Positions 1 to 11,618 of a stretch of DNA of 64,000 nt are shown here, piece by piece. The translations under genes were made by a program, and so were the position numbers. Below the pieces are notes generated by a model. It searched no databases and was not told the origin of the DNA. It saw only the letters and a program-made list of their open reading frames with translations. The DNA is taken from the NCBI GenBank assembly GCA_946965045.2, contig OX337242.1, forward strand, positions 868,001 to 932,000. The letters are read 5' to 3'. Origin of the DNA: Epithemia pelagica. Taxonomy: Eukaryota; Protista; Bacillariophyta. The first letter of the stretch is position 1. Every line of letters starts with the position of its first letter.

Positions 1-185
1 GGTCACGTTTAGTGGATGGAAGACTGACCACGCGATATGTGAACGATTAAAGTTACTCTCTAGCGATTTTTTGTTGAGATGCATCCTCTCTTTACCCCGA
101 AATCTGTCTCATACGCGACCACATCATTGATCCTGATTGGGAGTAAAACGTGCGGTTTCCCCAAACGCATCCCGCAAATCCACTT

Positions 186-294
186 GGCCTTTGTATTGTT
201 CCTTTTGTCCATCCTTGTTGTATTGTTCATTCATTGTTCCGGCCTTTGTATTGTTCCTTTTGTCCATCCTTGTTGTATTGTTCATTCATTGTTC
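186..294. repeat. 55-bp tandem duplication (2 copies)
   Basis: ggcctttgtattgttccttttgtccatccttgttgtattgttcattcattgttc occurs at 186 and again at 241, upstream of the Elongin A-like ATG. Confidence 0.9.
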
Positions 295-412
295 ATTGAT
301 CTCTTGTGTATTGCTTGCTTGTCTCTCGGTTCTTGTTTGTTTGTTGATTGTTTGGATTCCACCTATGATTCCCTTGGGTCACGCACGCCCCAAGTCTGGC
401 TTGGCCTATCGG

Positions 413-1945
413 ATGGAACAAGATTCCTTGTCCGCAACACATCACAACCCCAAGAATAGTATTCCCCTGGCCTTTTCCTCAACGTTACAAGAAGCTTGTC
501 GCAGTGTGATTGTTGCCAATTTGGAACGATATCCACCAGAATCCTTGGGTGTGTTGGAAGAACAGGAATGGAATTTACTCATTACCTATCGTCACGAAAA
601 GACCAAACCCAAAAAGACGAGTAGTACGAATCCAGGCCATGGTGGTGGTGGTGGTTTGGATGGAACGGGTCGTTTAACACCCGCCTTGTCGGACAAATTT
701 TTGGCGGCCGTCGAAAAGGTGCATCCCGATGAAAAGGTACGAGAAAGCACCGTGGCCGATACCTTGTTGTGGAAAGATTGTGTCAATTTTTCCTTTCGAC
801 GAGGAGGACTGACTCGACCACGTGTCTTGGAATATCCCTGGCCTCTCTTGGTCCAACGCCTGGAACGAGCCGTCGAAACGACGGCCACACTTCTTCCAGC
901 CACACTAGTGGATCCGGCTGCCTCCACAACAGTGGACCATTCGGAGGAAACGGCCGAATTAACGTCCGAAACCATGTCCGCAATTCATGATTTGGATGCT
1001 TCTCTCACCGTGTTGGAAGAATCGCCCATTTCGGTCCAATTGTTGGTGGATACGGGAGCAGGCAAGATTCTCAAGAAATCTCTCAAAAAACACAATCCAC
1101 AAGAATCTCATGTACCAGGAGGCATGGAACGTTTGGAACGACTCTTGGACTCGTGGAAACAAGTGGCCCAACGGGAGGGTGTTCAATTGCAACAACAGTC
1201 TCCGACGCCCAAGACCCCGTCCTCCAAAAAGGCCAAGATGGTATCGGGTACGGCGTCCGCCACGAAACATGCCACCACCGACGCCTCGTCCACATTGGAG
1301 GACCAGAATGCCAAGGAAGATTGGACCCTGGCACAATCCTGTCATAGCTGGCGTCAATTGTTTGCCGTTCTGAAACAACGCGAAGAAACCCGACGATCGC
1401 AACAGGGACAACGAATGCGACAAATTCGACAAACCTTGAATCACGATCGACCCAAAATTGTCAAGGTCCGACGAGCGACGGATCAACACCAACGGATCAT
1501 GGCCCATGGAGACCTACGCAAAAAGGCGAGTTTTGGAGCAAGCATTGCGCAACCCACAACACCATCCAATTCCAAAATGGCCCAATTGAAACGAGAAGCT
1601 CAAGTGGTGAGTAGTCGTCAAAATCGTGGAGAACGATCCAATGTGGCCGCTCCGGCACGATTGCAAGCATCGACTCGGAACGGTGGGAGCAGTCTGTTCT
1701 CCATGGCCGTCCAAGGAGCAGCAGGTCGCAAACCCACAGCTCGAACCACCACTCCGGCCGTTCGGGGACGACTGACCCCACCACGATCTACTACGACCAC
1801 CACCACCATTCGACAAGCCTCCAAAGACCGGCCTCAGGCCGCTGTCGTCACCTATCCCAATCGATATAGTCACAAACCCAAAGGTGTCTTGGCCGCGAAA
1901 CCCAAGGCAGCTCCACCTACCATGAAGCAAATTCGGAGAAAGTAA
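413..1945 (+). CDS. Elongin A-like protein (BC-box + Elongin A domain with embedded TFIIS-N-like helical region)
   Basis: BC-box-like STLQEACRSVI; DTLLWKDCV and SWRQLFAVLKQREETRR match Elongin A helices; LEESPISVQLLVDTGAGKILKK resembles a TFIIS N-terminal domain. ATG at 413 chosen (365 is an alternative); the ORF track start at 137 is a non-ATG extension. Confidence 0.62.
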   Translation: MEQDSLSATHHNPKNSIPLAFSSTLQEACRSVIVANLERYPPESLGVLEEQEWNLLITYRHEKTKPKKTSSTNPGHGGGGGLDGTGRLTPALSDKFLAAVEKVHPDEKVRESTVADTLLWKDCVNFSFRRGGLTRPRVLEYPWPLLVQRLERAVETTATLLPATLVDPAASTTVDHSEETAELTSETMSAIHDLDASLTVLEESPISVQLLVDTGAGKILKKSLKKHNPQESHVPGGMERLERLLDSWKQVAQREGVQLQQQSPTPKTPSSKKAKMVSGTASATKHATTDASSTLEDQNAKEDWTLAQSCHSWRQLFAVLKQREETRRSQQGQRMRQIRQTLNHDRPKIVKVRRATDQHQRIMAHGDLRKKASFGASIAQPTTPSNSKMAQLKREAQVVSSRQNRGERSNVAAPARLQASTRNGGSSLFSMAVQGAAGRKPTARTTTPAVRGRLTPPRSTTTTTTIRQASKDRPQAAVVTYPNRYSHKPKGVLAAKPKAAPPTMKQIRRK

Positions 1946-2753
1946 ACAACATCCGATTGCATCGCCAAACTTGCCAAGTGAAGTTGACGAATCACTTCAT
2001 ACTGATGGGAACAACAGCTAGACTTGTTGCTTCCCCAGACGGAAAAGAAGGCCATAGATTGTGTTTCAAGGCAAGAATCAAAAAAGAACCATGCCCAAAA
2101 GATAGACCTTATTGAACAAGAGAAACCTTCTCTACATGTGCCACGACACTCGTGTAGGGTGTGTGGTACGTCGTACGAATCCGGTTCATGTTAAAGACAA
2201 AATAGAATCCATTTTTGTGTTACTTGCAACGTAGAGTATTGTCCGTCCTCGTTCACTGAGTCCCTCTCCAGACATTGCATTAGAGATTCGTAGGAGTAGG
2301 AGTAGGAGTACTCCTCTAGGAAGCATCTCTCTACTTAGCTAGCCGGTGGGAGGCTCCGCATAGCTTTTGAGTCACTTTCCGGACGCACTTTTTCATCCGG
2401 TCGCACATGAGCTGGCCGAATGACGCAACATTCGTGTCCTCTTTTTTGTTCTCAGGCCGTTCCTATAGCATCGACAAAACCAAACCTGAAGCGTGACGTC
2501 ATCACTAAATTCAGTTTTGGCGCGTTTCGCCGTCCTATAGCACCGGCAAAACCAAAACCCGATTCCGCGCTGCATTCCCCCAAGGCCCCCAACAGTCCCC
2601 AAATTCACTTGAAGTAGTTGAATACTAAAAGTTTTGAAAGCATGTTTTCGGTCCGACGACGTTGACTTCCTGCAAACAAAGAAGCCGTTTGCATTCTTGC
2701 CGTAAGCACAAGGAGGAGTGTGTATCTGATCGCTTCTGCATTCTAGAATCATC

Positions 2754-4628
2754 ATGGTTGTTTGGGGTGGTTTGAGACCCATTGCTTCTCAGGTTGTGTA
2801 CGACGTGTTGGACTTGGTGGGTTTCTCCTACTCTACATTCACACGTGTACAATACGTTGAGCATGAAACCAAGGAGAAACGGGACGAACAACGAGGACGA
2901 AGATTCTTGTACAATGGTTGGGTTTTAATGGTGTCTTGTGTATGGACTGTTCTGGCAGCTGGAAACTTGACCAACCGATGGACCTTGTCCTTTCCCATGA
3001 TACCTCTGGTGATTCTGCAAGCGTCGCGACGAACCAAGACGGTTCAGCACAGCAAGGGATTGCGATACTTGATTCAGGGACTTTGTATACTCTGTGTCGT
3101 CGCGGCCACTCAACTATGTATTTTGTTTCCTGCCGTGGAGCTACCACCCCCCTCAGGACCATATCATGTGGGCACGGTCGACGTTCACATTCCGGCCCTC
3201 AGGGAGTCAGGAGATGAGGAAAAAGGCTTGGATTGTTCCCACTTGCTGCCGATTCGAATCTTGTATCCTACCTTGGATGCACCGTCGTCGTGGTTCAAAC
3301 CCAAATACCTCAACCCTGCCACTGCGTTGGACTTTTGTCGAGAGACGATGCGATTTGGAGCCCCACCTCCTCTCAAGGAGTACGATTGGATGTTGCATAC
3401 GTGGCGTTTGACAACCTCTCACACCCAACGAAATGCCACCTTATTGCCCGGCAAGCTCCCTATTGTTGTCTTTTCTCATGGATTGGGAGGAAACGCCGAT
3501 ATTTACAGTTGTACGTACTTGCTTGTCTTCTCATGTGGCCCCTATCCTGAGTATCCCGTTCTCCTGACACTGGCTTTGCGCCTCCATCGTGTTTCTTTAT
3601 TCATCATTGAACCCTTTTTCAGACCAAACCATGTCCTTGGCATCACGAGGCAATGTCGTGGTGGTACTTAACCATTTGGATGGGAGTGGACCCTTTGTCC
3701 GAACCAATAGTGGCAAACAAGTCTCGTTTGATTTTGATACTCCTGCACTAGACTATCAACTGGCCGAAAAGGTACGACGAAACCAGACCAATCTACGAGT
3801 GCAGGAAGTTTTGGCGGCCACACACGCCATTGTCCGCTTGAATCAAGCCCAATCTACTTGGACGGAATGTCAGGATGCGGACAATTTGTACGTGGCCGAA
3901 ACCTTGGGCTTGAATTTTGTGAATCGACTGGACACGAATCACGTGACTGTCATGGGGCATTCCTTTGGGGGTGTCACGGCCATTACGGCCGCCACACGAC
4001 GGCCTGAATTGTACCATGCTGTCATTGCCCACGAACCGGCCACTCGATGGATGCCGGTCGATGCGCGACGATCCTTTTTTGCCAAGAGTCGACTCTATGG
4101 ATTGGACTTGGAACATTCAGCCGAACGCTTGTTTAACAACGACGACGACGAGTATGAAACCAACAGCAACCAGGACAAGGAACCAGAGACGGCAGCGCAT
4201 GAAGTGGATATGCTCTTGTTATTTTCGCATCAATGGCGAGAAAATGGTTGGGGAAGTTGTCGATTAGTGGAGGAAATGCATCAAAAGGGCCGTTTGGGAC
4301 CGGAAGGTGGAGTTGCCCACTTTTCCTTTATCGATCAAGCTCATCACAATGAGTTTTCTGACACTTGTATGTTAACTCCAGTCTGGTAAGTTGCTTTGTG
4401 TGTGCGCATGCGTCCACGAACCATTTGGTTGGTTGCTGGATGTATCTCTGACCTTTGTTTTTTTTTCTCTCTCTTCCGCTCGTCGTTGTTGTTGTGAATA
4501 GGTTGGCAAGAAGCGTGGGCGTCACGGGAGCACGCAATCCACTGGATACGGCATTGGAGATTCATGAACGGACCATGTCCTTTTTGAACGAAACACGGAA
4601 ACGACACGGAGTGTCCTTGCCTCCGTAA
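2754..4628 (+). CDS. PAF-acetylhydrolase (isoform II)-family alpha/beta hydrolase with N-terminal membrane segments, 3 exons
   Basis: GPYHVGTVD, LPIVVFSHGLGG, LASRGNVVVVLNHLDGS and nucleophile motif GHSFGG. Introns 3511-3622 and 4386-4501 (GT..AG) restore the frame (ADIYSYQTMSLASRG; TPVWLARSVG). Stop at 4626-4628. Confidence 0.85.
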
Positions 4629-5310
4629 GTCAGTGTGCCAGACCCTTACCACAGGACAAGCCAGTCTTCGTTTCTCCGAGTGACAAACGACAATCATCAT
4701 GACGTGATTCAACCATGGTGTATTGGGTGTGGCACAAGAGAGCACATCCCGATGGAGTAGCTCGGGGCCTAGAGTCACACATGGCAACAAGGAACAAAAG
4801 TACACATGTCAAATTGCCTTGTGGAATGCTACGGACCACTATGGTCCAATAACGAAACAAGGATTGTGTGTGGCATACCGTTTGTTGACATAACTACAGA
4901 GCGTGGCACATCATGTTCTCTGCATTGGACACGACCATAGGTCTATGAATGCACTACCTACGGATATGATTGGCTTTCTAAGACTTCATTTTTTGTACCT
5001 TCGACGCAATCTCCAATAGGATTCCAAGCTCCAAACAGGTCTGGCAGCAGTTTCGCTTCAAACAACAACTCTATCCACAATGATCCCACTGGGACCGGCT
5101 TCAAGGTAGATTCCGAACCCATTACCTCGATCTACACCAACTTGTTAAGATAATAATACCGCAATAAAGCTAGGGGTAGTCATCGTGATTCCTTGTGCTG
5201 TTCCGCTGAACGCGAAGCCGCGCCTCCGATTGCCCGGTGTCGGTCGCGTCTGACTCTCACAACTCACGCTTTTTTTCTGTGGCACAGAAAAAAAACAACC
5301 ACCCACGACC

Positions 5311-7557
5311 ATGGCCGATGCAGCATCGTCGTCGTCGTCGTCGCCTCGCAAACAAAACAACAACAACAACACTACCACTAAGAATCCTCCATCCCGCAAA
5401 CGGTCTCGATCGAAACGAGACGAAGCAACACGCGAAAAGTTGCAACAATATGGCGTGGATCTTCCCGACATTCCTGGATTGCCCGTGGAGGTGATCCCCC
5501 TGCAAGTTCATGCCTTGAAACAAGTGGTGGCCTCCGTCAAGCACGATGCGACGCGTCAACCCCTGGTTCCGTGGGCCAATGAAGAGCAGAATCAGAATGA
5601 GAATTCAGCGGACTCCCACAACCCTCTCACTACTGGAACGACTGGATCCTCGGCACGACATTCCTCGGCCCCATCGTCGTCGTTGGTCGCACGTTTGGTC
5701 GATCGGGTCGAACAGGCCACCACTACGACGACGAATATGAGTACGAGTGGTGCCGCCGTGTCACTGGCCGAACAAGTGCATCACCAACAACAAGTACGGA
5801 TGCGTCAGGACCAGCGTCGAGAATCGGTGCAAGCGTGGTTGACTGCTCTGCATCGACAGGTTCGCAACCACAAGAAGCAGCACAAGCAGCACACGACATC
5901 AAAGGACGACGACTCACCACTACCAACGAACGACGACCCGCAATCCCGCATTCCCATTGCCGCCCTGACTCCCTTGTGGACGGCTGCCATATACCATGGT
6001 CGTATCACAGTTCGTCGATCGACCTTGTTTCTAGCTGGACACTTGTTGCAAAAGAGTTGTGCGGCCCGTCAATGGTTGTTTCAAGCACCACCTGTGGAGG
6101 AAGACGGACCTGCACCACCACCACCACAGCGGGGATCCTCCTCGTCGTCGGAACCGACCGTCACAAATCCCTTGGTGGAATGGCTCGATGCATTGATTGC
6201 CGTTGGAGGACGACGACAACAGTCCCCCGAGGATCGGTCCAATTCACGACGACAAAACCAACCACAACAACAACCACAACCACAACCACAACAAGAACGA
6301 TTGTGGCAACGCGAGGGATACTTGTGGTTGTATACCTGGGCCATTTCCAAGGGCTTTGGCACGTTGTATCCACGCTTGACCGTGGCCCTGCAAAAATTGG
6401 AACAATCCTGTCCGTGGGTCGTGGCGGCGGACGACTCGATCGTGTCCTCGCCACCAACGACAACAACAACGACTCCCATGAACATCACGTGGCGAACCTG
6501 GAGAGATTGGGCCATGCAGCATTATCGACAAGAACACCAACGTGTTTCCAAACTCTTGCAGCACGTCTCCAAGTGTTTGGAAATTCTCGTTCCTCGTGTG
6601 GACCATGGCAGTGATGGTGGTGTGGAGTCGTTGATGCAGACGCTGAAACCAACAGAGCCGAATGACAAGGAAGATCACGGCCCCAAGCATGCGTCATCAA
6701 CCTCAAACGATGCGGACGAGACTATTGCTCGCAGTAGTAAGGAGGAGAACGATACCAAGAGGAGTCCGGAACATGACCTGGAAGACGACGATGATGATGA
6801 TTGGGACGACGCCATTGACTGGGAGGATGGGTGGGAGGAGAAGGACCACCACCACCAAGACAAGAACGATCGTGAAGACCAGAAAGACGACCCTGGCGGG
6901 GACGGAATGAGGGCCCATCGAGCATCGGTCGAACGGACCATGGCGGCCATGCAAGCAACGGCACCCATGCAAGAACAAGTATTGATCATTGACATGAACC
7001 AAGGGAATCGCACAGTGTTGTCCAAAAACAACAACGACCAACCACAACAACAAACAGAACAGGAGCAAACACGACACGAGACGGCGCGGAAACGATTGAT
7101 GCAGTGTCGCAAATTGTTGCACACTCGTCATTTGCCACGACTGGTGCGTTGGATCGATGGCTTGACCAAGGCCGATGGATTGGTCCAAGAAGAAACGAAT
7201 GGTTCCTGGGTGCAGCAAACACAAGATTCGTGGAAACAGGAACGGGTTCGGGCATTGGCCACGTGTATGGAACTCAAATCGCTCGTGACGAGTACCCTGT
7301 CCTCGTTGGAACGACTTGGCTTGGAGCAACACGACGAGGACGACACAACAGTTGTCCCCAACAAGACGGAACCACACGAGGACTTGCAACACAACAGCAT
7401 GGCCACAATCATGACGACGACAACGACTCTTGGTGGAAGAGGAAGAGGGTTGTCCCTCTTGTCGTCGTCCCCCAAAACGGGTCGCACCATCCCAACCAAG
7501 CCGAAAACCAAGAATCCTCGCAAACGTCCCCAAATCCGGTATTCCAGCAACAAATGA
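5311..7557 (+). CDS. UV-stimulated scaffold protein A (UVSSA)-like protein
   Basis: RRSTLFLAGHLLQKSCAARQWL and W..GFGTLYPRLTVALQKL resemble the UVSSA VHS-like domain; VSKCLEILVP and RKLLHTRHLPRLVRWIDGLT resemble downstream conserved UVSSA helices. Long low-complexity insertions. Confidence 0.58.
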   Translation: MADAASSSSSSPRKQNNNNNTTTKNPPSRKRSRSKRDEATREKLQQYGVDLPDIPGLPVEVIPLQVHALKQVVASVKHDATRQPLVPWANEEQNQNENSADSHNPLTTGTTGSSARHSSAPSSSLVARLVDRVEQATTTTTNMSTSGAAVSLAEQVHHQQQVRMRQDQRRESVQAWLTALHRQVRNHKKQHKQHTTSKDDDSPLPTNDDPQSRIPIAALTPLWTAAIYHGRITVRRSTLFLAGHLLQKSCAARQWLFQAPPVEEDGPAPPPPQRGSSSSSEPTVTNPLVEWLDALIAVGGRRQQSPEDRSNSRRQNQPQQQPQPQPQQERLWQREGYLWLYTWAISKGFGTLYPRLTVALQKLEQSCPWVVAADDSIVSSPPTTTTTTPMNITWRTWRDWAMQHYRQEHQRVSKLLQHVSKCLEILVPRVDHGSDGGVESLMQTLKPTEPNDKEDHGPKHASSTSNDADETIARSSKEENDTKRSPEHDLEDDDDDDWDDAIDWEDGWEEKDHHHQDKNDREDQKDDPGGDGMRAHRASVERTMAAMQATAPMQEQVLIIDMNQGNRTVLSKNNNDQPQQQTEQEQTRHETARKRLMQCRKLLHTRHLPRLVRWIDGLTKADGLVQEETNGSWVQQTQDSWKQERVRALATCMELKSLVTSTLSSLERLGLEQHDEDDTTVVPNKTEPHEDLQHNSMATIMTTTTTLGGRGRGLSLLSSSPKTGRTIPTKPKTKNPRKRPQIRYSSNK

Positions 7558-7764
7558 CACCCATGATTTTTGGGTCGGTCGTTAAAAGCGACAAAGAACG
7601 CACGTAGTGACTATCATTATACGAGTCTACTCCACACTATCATTCCTCGAGGAAAAAAGAGCATCGATCGATATAGTATTCAGTTAAACTTGTTATAAAG
7701 GATGTTTGGAGAGTCCCTTTGTCATGGACAAATGTCGAAAAGAGCGGTATAGTTTTGGTTCGTC

Positions 7765-9420
7765 TCATCGCAAATCAAAGTCATCGTCGTCATCGTCGTC
7801 TCCATCATCTCCAAAATCCAAATTGTCCAACTCGGCCGCCAAATCATTGGATTGCAACTTTTCACCCTGTTGAATGTCGGCTTCGTATCCCGTCTTCATG
7901 GTCATGAGTTCCGACAAGTTGGCATCTTGAACGGCCGCGGCCGCGGGAGGAGCGGCGGTTCGACCTCCTGGAGGGGGTGGACCTCGACCCCGTCCTGGAG
8001 CACCACCACGACCACGCCCTGCCGGAGGAGAAGATCCTCGACCACGTCCCGCTTGCGCGGGTGATCCGCGTCCTCGGCCACCACCACTACTCGTAGTCGT
8101 CCGATCGGCCGGTTTGGGTTTGCGGGCCACACCCGAGACACGCAATTCCTGCGTCAATTGTCGCAAGGAGGGATGCAAATTGGCCAAGGCCGCCTTGTTA
8201 CTGCCCGTGGGCGACCGGACCGTATCCAAGGCCTCCAGACTGCGTTGATTCAAAATGGCTCGAATTAATTCTTCGGCCAATTGACATTCCCGGGACGACA
8301 AGTAAAAGGTTTTTTGGACATGACGTTGCATAAACATTTCCTGGGCGGCCACGGCATCGCCCAAGGCCAAGAACAAAATGGTTTCCGTCAGATACATGCG
8401 CGACAAGGAGAGGGTGGAATGACCGTCGCGTTCCAACAAGGCCGAGGCGGCCCCGGCCGCATACAAGGCCGAGGGGTATTCGCGAAAGTCTTGGACCAAC
8501 ATGTAGACCAACTCTTGCACGGGTTCGTGCGCATAACTGGCCGTGACCATGTGTTCGCGCGCCAGGGCCATGGTTTCGGCCGAAGGTTTGCCATTGGCGT
8601 CGGTATCGTCGGGGTTGTCAAAGACGGAAGCGCCAGTTTGACGATAGCGACGATAGGGATTCAAGACATCGGGTACATGGGCTTCCACAGCCTCTTCCAT
8701 GGCCGTCAAGGCTTGTTTGGACAAGTTGGACGAGGAGGAGGAGGACGAAAAGGAATGAAGGGCCATGGCTGCCTTGATTTGGGAGGCGGCCGCCTTGGAT
8801 TTTTCATTCATTTGTGTCCAAGCATGAGACGCCTTTAAATGATACGACCAAGCTTCTCGGCCAGGATCGGCCACGGTGGGATCGGGCCCGGTGCGATCGT
8901 ATTGTTGGGCCAACAAATCGGCCGCCCGCGTATAATCAGAGGCCACAGAAGCCCAGGCTCGAATTTGTTCGTTGCAAGCGGCTGATTCCAATCGATACAA
9001 GCGCTCTTCTCGAGGTAAATCGCCAATTTGTTGATAACAATCGGCGGCCCGTTTGTAATAGGTGGAGGCCGCCACAGGATCGGGTTTGCTAAAAAAGGAT
9101 TTTTGCATACACTTGTTGGCCTTGTCCTTGTATTCCTGCGCTTCTTTTAATTTCGTTTCACGGACTTCGCCTTGTAATCCAGGAAGTGTGGCCTTGGTTT
9201 TCTTATTCTTCATGTCCCGCAATCGTGCCATGGCATCGGGCGGAGCTTGTGCCGGAGGAGGAGCTGTTGTCGGACGATTCGACGCCATGGTGGGCTTGGA
9301 GGATGTATTCCGTTTGCTGTCGCCACGGCCGGCACTGCTGCCACCACCACCGCCCTCATTGCTCAATCCTCCAAAGAGAGCGTCACGGTCGTTGGCTGCC
9401 TTTTTGCGATAGGCTGCCAT
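7765..9420 (-). CDS. NAPG: Gamma-soluble NSF attachment protein (gamma-SNAP)
   Basis: EAQEYKDKANKCMQKSFFSKPDPVAASTYYKRAADCY matches the gamma-SNAP N-terminus; helical TPR-like body; acidic C-terminus ending DDFDLR. First ATG at 9420. Confidence 0.75.
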   Translation of the reverse strand: MAAYRKKAANDRDALFGGLSNEGGGGGSSAGRGDSKRNTSSKPTMASNRPTTAPPPAQAPPDAMARLRDMKNKKTKATLPGLQGEVRETKLKEAQEYKDKANKCMQKSFFSKPDPVAASTYYKRAADCYQQIGDLPREERLYRLESAACNEQIRAWASVASDYTRAADLLAQQYDRTGPDPTVADPGREAWSYHLKASHAWTQMNEKSKAAASQIKAAMALHSFSSSSSSSNLSKQALTAMEEAVEAHVPDVLNPYRRYRQTGASVFDNPDDTDANGKPSAETMALAREHMVTASYAHEPVQELVYMLVQDFREYPSALYAAGAASALLERDGHSTLSLSRMYLTETILFLALGDAVAAQEMFMQRHVQKTFYLSSRECQLAEELIRAILNQRSLEALDTVRSPTGSNKAALANLHPSLRQLTQELRVSGVARKPKPADRTTTSSGGGRGRGSPAQAGRGRGSSPPAGRGRGGAPGRGRGPPPPGGRTAAPPAAAAVQDANLSELMTMKTGYEADIQQGEKLQSNDLAAELDNLDFGDDGDDDDDDDFDLR

Positions 9421-9809
9421 GGTTATTCCCTTGCTCCTTTTTCTTTCTAACAAGGATTGTTTCGTCTGTAAAGATTTTTGTCGATGGCGGTCACACGATC
9501 GATTCCAGTCGTTTACTGACAACGGACTATCAACCTACATAGCTTCTTTTGTCGGTTTGGAATGATTCGCGACCAAACCTTCTCAGCCGCCCAATTTTCC
9601 CAACACGTTTGTTTTGCTGTAGGTTGTCCTCACAAAACGGAAAACGCAAAAAGGTCATGTGACTCCCCTCTCTCGAGTCTCTCGAGAAAAAAATCCAAAC
9701 GAATCATCTATTTGGAGTTGTCTATCGTCCTTCCGATCCGCATCAGATATTCTTCAGACGACGACCAGATCATCCTCCATCTCTCTTACGACAAAAGTGT
9801 CACGTCCGT

Positions 9810-11618
9810 GTGGATACGAATCGATACATTCTACATTTCGCGTCCATTGTCACAAGAATGGGATTGTTCCACAAACGTCGATATCCTTCTACTACTAGTA
9901 CAACAACCACTTCCTTGACCAACCAAAGTACCACCACCACCATGAAATCCACCACCAACAACAACAATGACACGTCGTCGTCCATTCATTCCTGGCTTCC
10001 ACGCATGGCGGCCTCGTCCGCCGTGGCACTCTTGTGTGTGGCCAGTCTCACTGTCCTTGTATCCTTGCAGCAAGAATCCAAGTACATGATGACGATGACA
10101 TCGGTGGCTGCTAGCGCGTCCCATTCCTATCCCACCCACCAGGATGCTACTACTGCTAGTACTACTAGTACCACTCCGTCCTCCTCCGCCGCCGTTGCGT
10201 CTCACTTGTCGCAACAAGGAACCCAAAGCAATCTTTGTGCTGCTCCCAGTACCGCTGACCCAAATAATCATCATCATCATAACAACAATAATACAGTGCA
10301 ACCCTTGCTTCCTCCCTGGCCGACGCAACATGCGTTGCCCGATTTTTTGGAAGGACCCGCCTTGCGGCAACGGCAAGAACGCGAACAAGAACAAGAAGAA
10401 GAACCACCACCATTGGTCGTCCTGGCATCGTGCAAATTCCAGCCCAATGCCCATACCACCTATTTCCCGCATGCCCTGCAACAATTGATTCGATGCGTTT
10501 CCTGGTGGAACCTACACAAACAAGAACATCAACTAGCATCATCAGCATCAGTATCATCATCGAGCGTGTCGAGTCGACCAGAATCGTTGCCACAAGGAGA
10601 CCCACAACGAATGGATCCATCCTTGGAATTGATTTTGGTGTGGAACAAAGACACTGCCCAAAAACCGTCGCCCTTTCTCATGGGCTTTATCAATGCCTTG
10701 CGCAAAGTGTGGAAGCTACGAGTCTATCCCTTACGAGGCAAGGTACCCGTCGTACGGGCTAAGGTGGACTATTATACCAAAGAGGAATCCGACCAGAAAA
10801 AGAACAACAATGACGATGACTCTATCACCACCTCACCCACCACGCACCATCGAGGCTTTCAAGCACAACGTGTGTCCGATCTGCAAGGGTTGCGTCGGGA
10901 TGTCATTCAAGAGTTTTTTCCTCTGCGCTATCAGCAGGAACAACAATCCACAGCCGCACCGGCACAGCAGCCAGGCATTCTCTCCTTCACCACTGCCTCT
11001 ACTGCGACGGGCCCTGTTCGGCGAGCCAAAATTACCATTCTCAATCGCCATGTGGATTCGGGACGATCGATTCTCAATGCACAAGAGTTACTCCAAACCT
11101 TGCAACAACAAGACTTTGTCCGGAACAATCATGTAACTGTGGAATTGGTAGACAGCATGGACGGTCGTTCCTTTTTGGATCAAGTTTATATTTTCAGCCA
11201 TTCCGATTTGGTCATTAGTCCTCATGGCGCACAACTGTCCTCCCTCTTCTTTATGCCTCCCTGTGGTGCCGTCTTGGAATTGTTTGGACGGGGCTATGAA
11301 GATGCCGAATTTTATGGCAGTTTGGCCGCCATGAGTGGGATTCGGTACTCTCATCTCTATACCGGAGCCGGCAGTCCGGTGACGGTCCTGGCCACCACCA
11401 ACGCCACTACTACTACTACTTTGGGGACTGCCACGGCAGCGGTGACGACGACTACCAAAGAAGCGGAATTGGCCCTGTGGAACAAAGATGAGGAATCACG
11501 CGCCGTGGCTCGTCGCTTTCCCATTTGTGCACCCATTGCCACGATTGTGGATTACGTACGCACCGAATTGGAGGATTGGAACCGACGCATTCAGAATCCC
11601 CAAACGCAATGTCTGTAA
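9810..11618 (+). CDS. Glycosyltransferase family 61 (DUF563) type II membrane protein
   Basis: N-terminal TM (AVALLCVASLTVLVSL); KITILNR; SFLDQVYIFSHSDLVISPHGAQLSSLFFMPPCGAVLELF is the GT61 signature. Exact start uncertain (9810, 9858 or later). Confidence 0.85.
   Translation: MDTNRYILHFASIVTRMGLFHKRRYPSTTSTTTTSLTNQSTTTTMKSTTNNNNDTSSSIHSWLPRMAASSAVALLCVASLTVLVSLQQESKYMMTMTSVAASASHSYPTHQDATTASTTSTTPSSSAAVASHLSQQGTQSNLCAAPSTADPNNHHHHNNNNTVQPLLPPWPTQHALPDFLEGPALRQRQEREQEQEEEPPPLVVLASCKFQPNAHTTYFPHALQQLIRCVSWWNLHKQEHQLASSASVSSSSVSSRPESLPQGDPQRMDPSLELILVWNKDTAQKPSPFLMGFINALRKVWKLRVYPLRGKVPVVRAKVDYYTKEESDQKKNNNDDDSITTSPTTHHRGFQAQRVSDLQGLRRDVIQEFFPLRYQQEQQSTAAPAQQPGILSFTTASTATGPVRRAKITILNRHVDSGRSILNAQELLQTLQQQDFVRNNHVTVELVDSMDGRSFLDQVYIFSHSDLVISPHGAQLSSLFFMPPCGAVLELFGRGYEDAEFYGSLAAMSGIRYSHLYTGAGSPVTVLATTNATTTTTLGTATAAVTTTTKEAELALWNKDEESRAVARRFPICAPIATIVDYVRTELEDWNRRIQNPQTQCL

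Noticed and set aside
79-412. Long hydrophobic N-terminal extensions from the ORF track (79..459, 137..)
   Set aside because: Non-ATG starts running through a T-rich tandem duplication; most likely promoter or 5' UTR.
2460-2560. Imperfect direct repeat cctatagca..caaaaccaaa upstream of the hydrolase gene
   Set aside because: Only two short degenerate copies; may be a promoter duplication but is unsupported.
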